57,454 bases of DNA. Source: Candidatus Peribacteria bacterium. GTDB lineage: Bacteria; Patescibacteriota; Gracilibacteria; Peribacterales; Peribacteraceae. The notes below the pieces were generated by a model, which saw only the letters and a program-made list of their open reading frames with translations, was not told the origin of the DNA and did not search any database. The stretch lies in NCBI GenBank assembly GCA_041691135.1, contig JBEPVF010000010.1, positions 1 to 57,454 on the forward strand. The letters run 5' to 3'. Shown one piece after another: positions 10,136 to 19,491 of the stretch. The first letter of the stretch is position 1, and each line of letters opens with the position of its first letter. The translations under genes were made by a program, and so were the position numbers.

Positions 10136-11635
10136 TTACTTCCCTGCCACATTGCACCGATACTGCAATGCCTCGGCCACGTGTTGCGGCTTAATCCCCT
10201 CGCTTCCCTCTAGATCCGCAATCGTGCGCGCCACTTTGATAGTACGGTGGTAGCTGCGAGCCGAGAGTCCCAGTCGTTCGACTGCCTGGTGGAGCAATGC
10301 TTCAGACTGGGCATCCAGCGGACACAATGTATCGATGTGTTTCACGCTCATTTCTTTATTGGTCGAAATCGACATGCTGCGAAATCGATCGCGCTGTCGT
10401 TCGCGGGCCAGCTTCACGCGTGCGGCAATCTGCACAGTGGTCTCGGCGCCATCCGATGGTTTTTTCTGAAGATCGCTGATCGGCACGGGCTTCACATCGA
10501 TTGTCAGATCAATACGATCCAGCAGCGGTGCCGAAATGCGGCGCTCAATCTTCTTGGCTGATCCGGCACTGTATTCTGCCGGGTTCATCGCGGCGACCAT
10601 GATGAAGTCTGCGGGAAATGTGATGCTCCCCTGCGCGCGGGTGATCGTGATGTGCCGGTCTTCGAGCGGCTGGCGCAGCACCTCCAGCACTTGCGCCGGG
10701 AACTCGGCGAGTTCGTCCAAAAAGAGCACGCCACGGTGAGCCAGACTGATCTCGCCGGGACCGGGGATTTGTCCGCCTCCCACAATCGAGACGCCGCTGG
10801 CCGTGTGATGCACGCGACGGAATGGGCGCGATTGAATGAGCGGAGTATCTTTGGGCAGCAGATTGGCGACGGAATAAATCTGTGTCACTTCTATGGACTC
10901 TTCCTGCGTGAGTGGCGGCAGGATGCCGCGAAAGGCACGGGCGAGGAGCGTCTTGCCGGAACCCGGTGTGCCGCTCATCAGAACATTGTGGCCGCCGGCT
11001 GCTGCAATCTCGAGTGCGCGTTTGGCTTGCTCCTGCCCGCGGATATCCGAGAAGTCGACGTAATCAGTCATATCGTATGCGGCGCTGGCCGGCGGATCGA
11101 TCGGCGATGGTGCCCGCTCGCCCGTCAGAATTTGCACCAGCTCGGTCAGCGATTCCGGTGCAATAACTTCAAGACCTGGAATGAGCGCCGCCTCGGCGCC
11201 GTTGGCTGCCGGAACCACGAGACGTTTGATACCGTTCTTCACACAACCGATGGCCGCGGGCAGAACGCCGGATACGTGGCGCAGCGAACCGTCCAGTGCG
11301 AGCTCCCCCAAGAAAGCTGTTTCTCGCAAAACGGCTTCGGGAATATCGGCATGTCCCAAGTCCAGCATCACCCCCAGTGCGATGGGCAGGTCGAAGCGCG
11401 GTCCGACTTTACGGATGTCGGCGGGCGCGAGATTCACGGTAATGATGCGGCCGGTCGGGAACCGATAACCGCTGCTTCGAAGAGCCATTAAAACGCGTTG
11501 CTTGCTCTCTTGCACGGCAGTGTCCCCCAGGCCGACGATGTAGAATTTAAACTCCCCGCCGGTCGACGCCACCTCCACGGTAATTTTGGAACTATTGAGT
11601 CCTATATTGGCAAAGGAGGTTAACTGAGTGAGCAT
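10136..11635 (-). CDS. comM: ComM/YifB Mg-chelatase-like AAA+ DNA branch-migration helicase
   Basis: 'VGLGDTAVQESKQRV', 'ITVNLAPADIRK', Walker A GTPGSGKT, 'PGEISLAHRGVLFLDE', 'LSARSYHRTIKVARTIADL'. Confidence 0.93.
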   Translation of the reverse strand: MLTQLTSFANIGLNSSKITVEVASTGGEFKFYIVGLGDTAVQESKQRVLMALRSSGYRFPTGRIITVNLAPADIRKVGPRFDLPIALGVMLDLGHADIPEAVLRETAFLGELALDGSLRHVSGVLPAAIGCVKNGIKRLVVPAANGAEAALIPGLEVIAPESLTELVQILTGERAPSPIDPPASAAYDMTDYVDFSDIRGQEQAKRALEIAAAGGHNVLMSGTPGSGKTLLARAFRGILPPLTQEESIEVTQIYSVANLLPKDTPLIQSRPFRRVHHTASGVSIVGGGQIPGPGEISLAHRGVLFLDELAEFPAQVLEVLRQPLEDRHITITRAQGSITFPADFIMVAAMNPAEYSAGSAKKIERRISAPLLDRIDLTIDVKPVPISDLQKKPSDGAETTVQIAARVKLARERQRDRFRSMSISTNKEMSVKHIDTLCPLDAQSEALLHQAVERLGLSARSYHRTIKVARTIADLEGSEGIKPQHVAEALQYRCNVAGK

Positions 11636-11749
11636 GGAAGTTGGGGAAAACAACAATGCGAGTGTACTCTCGTACACCTAATACGCAATGCAGTTCGATA
11701 GACAAAATTGAGTATTGAATGACAAATGCGGAATGTAGAATCGTCTGTC

Positions 11750-12133
11750 ATGGAGAATATTTTTCGATACGTGCGCCGGCATTCGACTCAGCTGATCGGG
11801 ACAGAAGGCGAACACATCGCCGCCGAGTATTTGCGAACAATCGGTTACGATATACGAGGCTGCAATATCAAAATCGGCCGCGACGAAATAGATATCCTTG
11901 CCCTCGATCCGGTTGATCAAGTACTGGTATTCGCCGAAGTGAAGTCGCGGGCCAAAAAAAGCGATGATTACCGGCCGGACATAAGTATGGACCGGCGAAA
12001 AATGCGAGCCCTCAGGCGTGCCGCCCGTTTATGGGTAGCGAAGCAGGACTATGAAGGCGGCTATCGGTTGGATCTGATCTGTGTGGTTGACGGAAAAATA
12101 ACGGATCACTGGAAGCAACTCAGCTGGGAATGA
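11750..12133 (+). CDS. yraN: YraN family (UPF0102) PD-(D/E)XK nuclease
   Basis: 'GTEGEHIAAEYL...EIDIL...VFAEVKSR...RLD'. Start placed at the ATG 8 nt after a TAGAAT -10 box. Confidence 0.9.
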   Translation: MENIFRYVRRHSTQLIGTEGEHIAAEYLRTIGYDIRGCNIKIGRDEIDILALDPVDQVLVFAEVKSRAKKSDDYRPDISMDRRKMRALRRAARLWVAKQDYEGGYRLDLICVVDGKITDHWKQLSWE

Positions 12134-12143
12134 TGCATGCTCC

Positions 12144-12833
12144 TCACCACTGCGTCACCACGGTGGTTTTTTCATCCATCAAAGTCTGTGCCGGAAAACG
12201 GACGATGTCTTTGGGTGCATCGAGCATTTTTTCCCAGAGCATCTTTTTCTTATGACCGGCGAGGAAGAAGATGCGCCCAGTACTTTGTTCCAGAATGGGG
12301 AGGGTAAGACTGATGCGGTTGCGCACGGCAAAACGTTCGGTTTCGGTGTGGATCACCAAACGCGAACCGAGAGCATCATCCGTAAGCGGCGGGAAAAGCG
12401 AAGCGGTGTGGCCGTCTTCGCCCAGACCCAATGTGACGATGTCCGGTACGCCTCTCTGAAGGAGTGTCGCGAGCGCCGATTCGTACTGCTGAACACACTC
12501 GTCGATGGGCAGCGACGTATCGGGAAAGAGCAGTTGTTTTTCGGATACCTTTATTTTTGCCAACAACGATTCGCGTACCATTCGTTGATTGCTGGCCTGA
12601 TGTGTGATCGGTACATAACGTTCGTCCACCAGAAAGATCGATACCTTGGTCCAGTCGATCCATTTCGATGTCGCCAGTCCTTCGTACATCGGCTGTGGCG
12701 TGGAACCACCGGACAGACCCAGGAAACAGCGATTTTTTTCTTTGATGCAGTGACTGACGCTCTCGATCAATACGTGTGTGCCTTGTTCAACAAACTGTTC
12801 GTCAGTCTGTGTTTCGAGAAGGCGGTAAGACAT
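12144..12833 (-). CDS. pgl: 6-phosphogluconolactonase
   Basis: LSGGSTP, DERYVP, SN, LGLGEDGHTASLFP, RISLT; directly downstream of zwf. Confidence 0.95.
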   Translation of the reverse strand: MSYRLLETQTDEQFVEQGTHVLIESVSHCIKEKNRCFLGLSGGSTPQPMYEGLATSKWIDWTKVSIFLVDERYVPITHQASNQRMVRESLLAKIKVSEKQLLFPDTSLPIDECVQQYESALATLLQRGVPDIVTLGLGEDGHTASLFPPLTDDALGSRLVIHTETERFAVRNRISLTLPILEQSTGRIFFLAGHKKKMLWEKMLDAPKDIVRFPAQTLMDEKTTVVTQW

Positions 12834-12889
12834 GACTCCAGCGTACTGTCCCCTCTGACGAAATACAATTTACGGTCGGTACGTCGATT

Positions 12890-14332
12890 TTACAGCCACT
12901 TCGCGCCGTGTTTCTCGATCCATGTATCCGCCACCGTCGGGCCTTGTGATCCGGCAGGATAGAGGTGCAAGGGCGTATCGGACTTTTGCAGATAGGCTTG
13001 TAACGGATCGATCATGCGCCAGGCCGTGTGGACTTCCTCGAAGCTGAGAAACCAGTGTTGCGTGCCGTGAATCGCTTCGAGCAGTAACAGGCCGTGTTCG
13101 GGCAGACAGTCGCCGTAGCACACGAGCGGATCTTCCATAATCAGCGGACGGTATTCGGGTACCATGCCGCCGACTTTCGTTTGCATATGCAGTCGCATGC
13201 CAGCTTCACCCTGCAGAATGATATCGAGTCGATTGGGTGTAGCGCCTTTGCCGACCGAGCGTGGTTCCTTGAACTGAATCGATACGCGGGTCTCTTTTTT
13301 TGCCAGTCGTTTACCGGAGCGCAAGAAGAAGGGCACGCCCTGCCAGCGCGATTCGCGGCTCAGAATAGTGAGGGCTGCGTACGTGTTCGTCAGGCTCTTG
13401 GCTTCCACTCCTTCCTCCTTCAGGTAGCCGGGAACGTTTTCATTTCTAATGATTCCATCGGCGTACTGCCCCTGCAACACCACATCGCTCAGGTCGATGG
13501 CCGGCGGAATGTAAAAATTTTTCAACGCTTCCAGTCGGCTCTCCTTTATATACTCATCGCCATCGCGCAGCCGCATGGTGAGCAGACAGCCCATCATGAA
13601 CAGGTGGCTCTGGAACATGTCGCGGAACGTGCCGGAGCCCTCGAAGTAGCCGGCCCGCTTGCCAATGCCGTCATCTTCCAATGCCGTAATCTCAACGTGG
13701 CTGATCAGTGTATTTTTGAAGATTCGCTCGAGTACCGGATTGGCGTAGCGCAGATAGTAGATGTTACGCACGGCATCTTTGCCCAGGTAATGGTCGAGCA
13801 GGTAGATCTCGCTCTCCTCGAAACAGCTGCTGAGCTGCTCGCGTACCGTATTGAAACTGCGCAGGTCATGTCCCACCGGTTTTTCCACCAGACAGCGGAA
13901 TGGCCGGCCCTTCACGTGTACGTTGCCCTCGCATAAATTATGGAGGACGTCCGAGAACACCTCGGGCGGCGTGGACAGGTACGCCAGTCGCACCGGCTTC
14001 TCCCAACCCTTTTCCAATCCGGTGATTTTTTTGGCGAGTGCGCTGAAGTCCGCTTCGTTCGTATATTGTCCTTGATGGTAGTGCACGTGACTCAGGAATT
14101 CCTGGAGCATGTCCTCGTTCACCGTCGTCATGTCGCGCTTGATGGAGTCGGCGACGAGCTCCCGGAACGATTCCTGCGACATCTCCGATCGCGCGAATCC
14201 GATGATGACGTATTCCTCGGGCAATCTTTTTTTGAGCGCCAGTATGTACAGCGCCGGATAGATCTTCAGCTGGGCCAGATGTCCCGAGGCGCCGAACAGA
14301 ACGAAGGTGAAGGGTGAGGGGGCGGAGAGCAT
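12890..14332 (-). CDS. zwf: Glucose-6-phosphate 1-dehydrogenase
   Basis: FGASGHLA Rossmann motif, EKP, DHYLGK, RDMFQSH, RWQGVPFFLRSGK. Start taken at MLSAPSP. Confidence 0.93.
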   Translation of the reverse strand: MLSAPSPFTFVLFGASGHLAQLKIYPALYILALKKRLPEEYVIIGFARSEMSQESFRELVADSIKRDMTTVNEDMLQEFLSHVHYHQGQYTNEADFSALAKKITGLEKGWEKPVRLAYLSTPPEVFSDVLHNLCEGNVHVKGRPFRCLVEKPVGHDLRSFNTVREQLSSCFEESEIYLLDHYLGKDAVRNIYYLRYANPVLERIFKNTLISHVEITALEDDGIGKRAGYFEGSGTFRDMFQSHLFMMGCLLTMRLRDGDEYIKESRLEALKNFYIPPAIDLSDVVLQGQYADGIIRNENVPGYLKEEGVEAKSLTNTYAALTILSRESRWQGVPFFLRSGKRLAKKETRVSIQFKEPRSVGKGATPNRLDIILQGEAGMRLHMQTKVGGMVPEYRPLIMEDPLVCYGDCLPEHGLLLLEAIHGTQHWFLSFEEVHTAWRMIDPLQAYLQKSDTPLHLYPAGSQGPTVADTWIEKHGAKWL

Positions 14333-14535
14333 AGATTGAAGAGCGATTGTAGCCTTCTCTTTTTGTGAAGCACAACGTTCGACCGAAATTTGTTCCAGTT
14401 TCATCAGATGGAGCGCTGTCGCTTTCTTGTGCGCGTGGTCCTGGGTATTCCCTCCAGCAGGCGCTGTTTCCGTAGCTTATCGTATTGGCCTTGCCTCCCT
14501 TTTTGGTCATCAGTACCATTGGGTCACATCATCGT

Positions 14536-14635
14536 CTATCCAGAGCAGTGCGGAGGGATCTGGCCCGATTGACGCACTCCCCAACCCTTCCACGCGGAAG
14601 TCAGGTGGGAAATCCAGCCCCTCCGGGGAAGATAG
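14536..14635 (+). promoter_or_regulatory. SAM-I (S-box) riboswitch aptamer upstream of metK
   Basis: P1 ctatc/gatag; ATCCAGAG; P2 agtgcg/cgcact with kink-turn 'GAGGGAtcTGGCCCgatTGA'; P3 CCCAACC...GGTGGG; AAATCC; P4 cccc/gggg; AAGAT. Located before SAM synthetase. Confidence 0.93.
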
Positions 14636-14646
14636 TACACAGCAGT

Positions 14647-14673
14647 CTTCTCCGTCGCAGGAGAAGTTTTTTT
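14647..14673 (+). terminator. Riboswitch-controlled intrinsic terminator (SAM-I expression platform)
   Basis: cttctcc-gtcgca-ggagaag followed by T7. Its 5' arm (gtcttctcc) can alternatively pair with ggggaagat of the aptamer 3' end (antiterminator). Confidence 0.85.
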
Positions 14674-14713
14674 CAAACGTGCATTCTCAATTCCCATTTC
14701 TTCCACTCATCTC

Positions 14714-15871
14714 ATGTCCCACTTCTTTACATCCGAGTCGGTCACCGAAGGTCACCCCGATAAAATCTGCGATCAGATTTCCGATGCCGTATTGGACTAC
14801 ACACTTACCCGCGATCCCAACGCTCACGTTGGCTGCGAATGTCTGGCGACGACCGGCATGGTGCTGGTGGCCGGCGAGATCAAAACGTCGACGTACATTC
14901 CGCTGGCCGAAATCGCACGCAATACGATTCGCGACATCGGCTACGACGACGCCGTCTTCGGCTTCGATTACAAAGCGTGTGCCGTACTCGTCACCGTGGG
15001 CGAGCAGAGCGCCGATATCGATCAGGGCGTTTCCGAAGGCGTGGGTCTGCACACCGAACAGGGTGCCGGTGACCAGGGACTCATGTTCGGATTCGCTTGC
15101 GACGAAACGCCAGAGTTGATGCCGCTACCGATCTCCCTGGCGCATGGACTTGTCAAAAAACTCAGCGATGTCCGCAAGAAGGGAGTGCTCAACTATCTGC
15201 GTCCGGATGGCAAAAGCCAGGTGACGGTGCAATATAGCGATGATGGCAAACCGGAGCGCATCGAGTGCGTGGTCATCTCCACGCAGCATGCCGAGGGCAT
15301 CGATCACGCGCAAATCTGCGCCGACGTAAAGCGCGAGGTGATCGAACCGGTGTGCGGCAAATATTTGGATGACAAAACTATTTTTCACATCAATCCCACC
15401 GGTCGCTTTGTCATCGGCGGTCCTCCGGGCGATGCCGGACTTACCGGCCGCAAGATTATCGTCGATACGTACGGCGGTTACAGCCGGCACGGCGGCGGCG
15501 CGTTCTCGGGCAAAGATCCCAGCAAAGTCGATCGCTCTGCCGCGTACGCGGCGCGTTGGGTCGCGAAGCACATCGTCAAAGCCGGCCTCGCCAAAAAATG
15601 CGAAGTGCAAGTGGCCTATGCCATCGGCGTCGCAGCTCCCGTCAGCATCCGTGTCGATACGTTCGGTACCGGTACGAAGTCGGACCGCGACCTGGAGAAA
15701 GCCGTGACGAAGACTTTCGATCTGCGGCCCGCTTCCATCATCCGCGAATTGGATCTCCTTAAGCCCCAGTACAAAGCGCTCGCTGCCTATGGCCATATGG
15801 GTCGCGAGGACTTGGGTGTGAAGTGGGAAGTGTGTGATCGCATCGATGCGCTAATTGCAGCAGTAGGTTGA
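14714..15871 (+). CDS. metK: S-adenosylmethionine synthetase
   Basis: [33 protein letters not shown]. Confidence 0.99.
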   Translation: MSHFFTSESVTEGHPDKICDQISDAVLDYTLTRDPNAHVGCECLATTGMVLVAGEIKTSTYIPLAEIARNTIRDIGYDDAVFGFDYKACAVLVTVGEQSADIDQGVSEGVGLHTEQGAGDQGLMFGFACDETPELMPLPISLAHGLVKKLSDVRKKGVLNYLRPDGKSQVTVQYSDDGKPERIECVVISTQHAEGIDHAQICADVKREVIEPVCGKYLDDKTIFHINPTGRFVIGGPPGDAGLTGRKIIVDTYGGYSRHGGGAFSGKDPSKVDRSAAYAARWVAKHIVKAGLAKKCEVQVAYAIGVAAPVSIRVDTFGTGTKSDRDLEKAVTKTFDLRPASIIRELDLLKPQYKALAAYGHMGREDLGVKWEVCDRIDALIAAVG

Positions 15872-15935
15872 GCATATTTGGCGGAGGAATTCCAAAGTCG
15901 TTGCATTTCGGTTCACCAGTTCTATTCTCTGATGT

Positions 15936-16510
15936 ATGGATCCTGAGACTTCCACACCATCGGCAGAACTGATCGATACTCCTTTACCTTCGCGTGATAG
16001 AATTCACCTCGTGGAAACTTTAGTGCGTGAGTATCTTCAAAAAGCTCGAGTCGATGGAAATCCTGAGCGTGCTGCCTTCCTAAGAGAACAAGCAGGGACA
16101 TTACATTAGATGATTTGTTCAATGATCCTGCCCGCCTCGAACGAGACGGACAACTATTCCAAGGACGGTTGGCAGAAATGCTTCTGACGGATCTGAACGT
16201 GACTGATGACCGGCCTGGTGCAGCTCATCCGTATCAAATTATTGCGGCCATTGCGCATGCGCCGGAATTCAGAGGGCTGCTGGAAGTTTTGGATCGGGAA
16301 CGCACACGCCGACCCGATTACAAATACGCGGCTATTGTTGCGATTGCATCAGTCGATCCTCATCTGGCATCTGATTTGGAGCGCACTGAGCGTATTGCTG
16401 CAGGACAAGCTCCTGAGAAAGAAAGACTGCGAGCCTTACTGGGCTCGTTACCTGTGCTCCTAAGGGAAGAACAGATCCAGCATGGCTGTTGTGATCTAGG
16501 CCACAAATAG
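15936..16510 (+). pseudogene. Hypothetical gene apparently split by a 1-nt frameshift (ORF 15936..16109, then a frame open from about 16067 to 16510)
   Basis: TATTCT box 7 nt before ATG 15936. The first ORF (MDPETSTPS...FLREQAGTLH*) overlaps the -1 frame (RDITLDDLFNDPARLERDG...), which has no convincing start of its own. Confidence 0.5.
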
Positions 16511-16528
16511 TAGGAGTACCATACGCAC

Positions 16529-16930
16529 ATGAATTTCCCGGTCGAACTCCCTATTCCGACACTGCAAAAGGCTCAATCGCTCGGTGTGCAACCCGAAGAT
16601 ATCGATGAACAGTTCGTCACCGGCAGCGGCAAAGGCGGCCAGAAGATCAATAAAACAGCCAGTTGCGTTCTGCTGATTCACCGCCCGACGGGCATTGAAG
16701 TGAAGTGCCAACGTCACCGCGAGCAGAGCAAAAATCGCATCAGTGCTTACAAGTTACTGATCGAAAAAATCGAACAGAAGATCCGAGGCAAAGAATCGGC
16801 ACGGGCACAAAAGATCTTTAAACTGCGCAAACAAAAACAGCGTCGCTCGCGAAAAGCGAAGGAGAAAATGTTGGAAGAGAAAAAGAAACGGGGAGAAATC
16901 AAACAGACGCGCAGAGAGTTGGACGTTTAA
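16529..16930 (+). CDS. Stand-alone class-I release-factor catalytic domain (ArfB/YaeJ-like ribosome-rescue peptidyl-tRNA hydrolase)
   Basis: GSGKGGQKINK (GGQ), 'HRPTGIEVKCQRHREQSKNR', highly basic C-terminal tail, no codon-recognition domain. Confidence 0.85.
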   Translation: MNFPVELPIPTLQKAQSLGVQPEDIDEQFVTGSGKGGQKINKTASCVLLIHRPTGIEVKCQRHREQSKNRISAYKLLIEKIEQKIRGKESARAQKIFKLRKQKQRRSRKAKEKMLEEKKKRGEIKQTRRELDV

Positions 16931-16946
16931 AAATCAGGAAGCGGCT

Positions 16947-19472
16947 TCACTCATCGACAATTTTTGTCCCCGGATAATAGTACTGCAATATTTCTTCCGC
17001 CGTTTTGCCGTCATTCGCCTGTCCCTCGGCGCCGCAACCGGACATGCCGACGCCGTGGCCGGCGAGTTTCATGCCCTGGCACCATGGATCGGGTTTGCTC
17101 TGGAAGATCGAGGCGAATGGAAAATTACTGCCCAGGCCCGCTTCGCTGGGTGAACGCGTGTGGCCGTCATCGGACGAGAAGTACGGCGGCTTGATGATGC
17201 TGCCACTGTATTTAAGTACGAGGCCGGCGGTGTTCTTTACTGCCATCACCCAATTCGGATTCTTCTTCTCGGTCACGTAACCGGTGTAGAGCTGGAACTC
17301 AGCCGGACTATCCGAACCGTCATACGGTTTGTCGGGGAATTTGCGGTGATCCGGATCCAGGTACCAGGCGGCGTAGGTGCGGGCGGCAATGGCGAATGCG
17401 CGCTGTTTTTCGTACGGTTCGCCGTCGCCCTCTTCGCCGATGCCGGCCATGTAACTCTCGAGTGGCAGTTCATTGATCAATACAAGATTACCATCCAGAA
17501 CACGACATTCAATGACGCCGCGGAATTGATTTTGCGCACGAGTCCAACTGGCAACCGTCAGAATGTCGCTGCCCGGATCGATGCGGATGACGCCGCTCGT
17601 CACCAGTTTGTTATTCATCCACGCTTCGCAGTCGCTGCCATTGGCGCGGACAAACACATCGCCGGTTACGTCGGAGCCATTGAGCGTAGTCCCGGATGGA
17701 ATGGTGATGCTCGCATTTTGCGTATCAACCTGATATCCCAAGCGGATCCGGATAGCGGGGTTGCTTGCTGCCGTGCGCGCTTCGATGTCGGATGGACGCG
17801 GCGCTTGGGCGGACGCTTTTGGAACGATAAAATTCGTCAGCGACACATCGGAGCCGATCGTCGGCGTGGCCCGCGAAATAGGACGGTTGGTCGAAATGGT
17901 CTGCGGATCCCGAATGCGTCGGCCACCGGCTGAGAAGTTGTACGTCACCGGACCCAGAGCAAGCGTGTAATTTCCTTCTTTTGCCGGCAGCTTCACCCGT
18001 ATGCGTGCGATTTTAAATTCGCCGGCGCGGATGAAGGTGGGAACAAGCAATTTGTCGCGCAGGCGCATTTTGCTGACTCCGTCTTCCACCCATACGGCCA
18101 ATGTGGAATCGGACCGGGTGAGCGCGCCGGCTGACGAACGTTGTGCAAGCGGTTTGGTATTCGCCTGCAAGCGAATGGCAAATGTCACTTCACTGCCCGG
18201 CCGCCCCGACAGACTGGTGGAACCGATGGCCGAAACGAGTTGCGCCGGCGAAGGAGCTGATGGCTTGGGAGTTGGTTTTACCGACGGCTTTTTGACGACA
18301 ATATCGGGGGGCGGCAGCAGTCGTACCACCGTATCGGGATTGCCGGCGGCATTGGCACGTACTTGATCGAGGACGCCGTAGGTGTAGTAGCCCGGACAAT
18401 CAGTGTCCAATAGGTCGCGATGGCCCACGATGGTCGGGAGTGTTTGGCCATGGAATGTCGTCGTGCCGCCTAGGTCGATGTTGTATTTGCTGCCCAGATA
18501 TTTAAGCAAATGCTGAAGCGCCTGCAGTTGTGCCTGCGGCGGCTCCTCGACATCAAAATTGCCCATCAGCGAAATACCAACCGTGCCGACGTTATGGCAG
18601 TACGCGTGGCCAGCCACCACGTAATCGCCGCCGGCACGTCCCTCGTAAATCTGTCCCTGGTCATCGATCACGTAGTTGTAGCCGATATCTCCCCAGCCGC
18701 GGTTAACAGCGTGGTATTGATAGATGGCCCGCATGCGCTCCGCACCCGAACGATCATCTCCCGCCACTTTCATCGCCGTGTGGTGCACCACCAGCATCTT
18801 CACTTGCGGTGAGTACGACTCGGGCCACAGTAGCGTTTTCCCGTCGTCCGACGTCGTTATTTTTTTGGGAGTCGTCTTGAATTCCTGCGGATAATTGCGC
18901 TGCGCATCCAGACAATCCTGCTCACGGCCACTCACGACCTCTCCTTTGCCGTCGGCATCATGGCTGTCGGTGGGCGCGCTGGAATTCGATACTGCCGATG
19001 AGGTACTGGAAGAATTGGAAGGAGGCGAGGAATTTCTTACGCGTAAGGACTCATCGGCGCCCCAGTCGGCGCGCGACAGAATCATGGGCGCGTCGAATTG
19101 ACCGCGGGCAGCGGCCGTATCGTAGTGCAACGGGGCATCCGACACGCGGATCGGATGGGCAACCAGCGGCTGATTAATACCCATCACACGTACCGAGTGC
19201 GTTCCTTTGGGCAGCATGTACAACTTGCTCTCCGTTAGATTGGGATCCTGCTCATTTTCTACGGACACATCGTTTTCCATGGTCACCCACCGATTATCGG
19301 TCAACACTTGCAACGTTCCGATGCTCTGCGCTGACGGCACGGCAAAACTGATCGCATCAATCGCATCACCGTAATCGAATTCCTGCATCGGAGGTGTCTC
19401 GCCGATTGCTTTTGGCGAAAATACACTCGATACAACGACAAGGGCAACGCTAATGGCGGCTGCTCGACGCAT
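16947..19472 (-). CDS. Secreted fusion of an N-acetylmuramoyl-L-alanine amidase (Amidase_2/PGRP) and a SpoIID/LytB lytic transglycosylase
   Basis: Amidase: SRADWGA, VVHHT, WGDIGYNY, YEGR, GHRD, CPG. SpoIID: 'INELPLESYMAGIGEE', 'AIAARTYA', 'FQLY', 'GHGVGMS', 'ILQYYYPG'. N-terminal signal peptide. Confidence 0.88.
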   Translation of the reverse strand: MRRAAAISVALVVVSSVFSPKAIGETPPMQEFDYGDAIDAISFAVPSAQSIGTLQVLTDNRWVTMENDVSVENEQDPNLTESKLYMLPKGTHSVRVMGINQPLVAHPIRVSDAPLHYDTAAARGQFDAPMILSRADWGADESLRVRNSSPPSNSSSTSSAVSNSSAPTDSHDADGKGEVVSGREQDCLDAQRNYPQEFKTTPKKITTSDDGKTLLWPESYSPQVKMLVVHHTAMKVAGDDRSGAERMRAIYQYHAVNRGWGDIGYNYVIDDQGQIYEGRAGGDYVVAGHAYCHNVGTVGISLMGNFDVEEPPQAQLQALQHLLKYLGSKYNIDLGGTTTFHGQTLPTIVGHRDLLDTDCPGYYTYGVLDQVRANAAGNPDTVVRLLPPPDIVVKKPSVKPTPKPSAPSPAQLVSAIGSTSLSGRPGSEVTFAIRLQANTKPLAQRSSAGALTRSDSTLAVWVEDGVSKMRLRDKLLVPTFIRAGEFKIARIRVKLPAKEGNYTLALGPVTYNFSAGGRRIRDPQTISTNRPISRATPTIGSDVSLTNFIVPKASAQAPRPSDIEARTAASNPAIRIRLGYQVDTQNASITIPSGTTLNGSDVTGDVFVRANGSDCEAWMNNKLVTSGVIRIDPGSDILTVASWTRAQNQFRGVIECRVLDGNLVLINELPLESYMAGIGEEGDGEPYEKQRAFAIAARTYAAWYLDPDHRKFPDKPYDGSDSPAEFQLYTGYVTEKKNPNWVMAVKNTAGLVLKYSGSIIKPPYFSSDDGHTRSPSEAGLGSNFPFASIFQSKPDPWCQGMKLAGHGVGMSGCGAEGQANDGKTAEEILQYYYPGTKIVDE

Positions 19473-19491
19473 AGGAATCCAGTATACGGAT

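Noticed and set aside
14335-14510. Second structured RNA between zwf and the SAM riboswitch
   Set aside because: Only short GC stems (gcgc...gcgc) and no recognisable family motif; cannot be supported without covariation data.
16022-16070. UGA read-through (genetic code 25) to extend ORF 16115
   Set aside because: TGA terminates conserved genes at their expected ends (metK, uvrB, dgt, galU), so code 11 applies.
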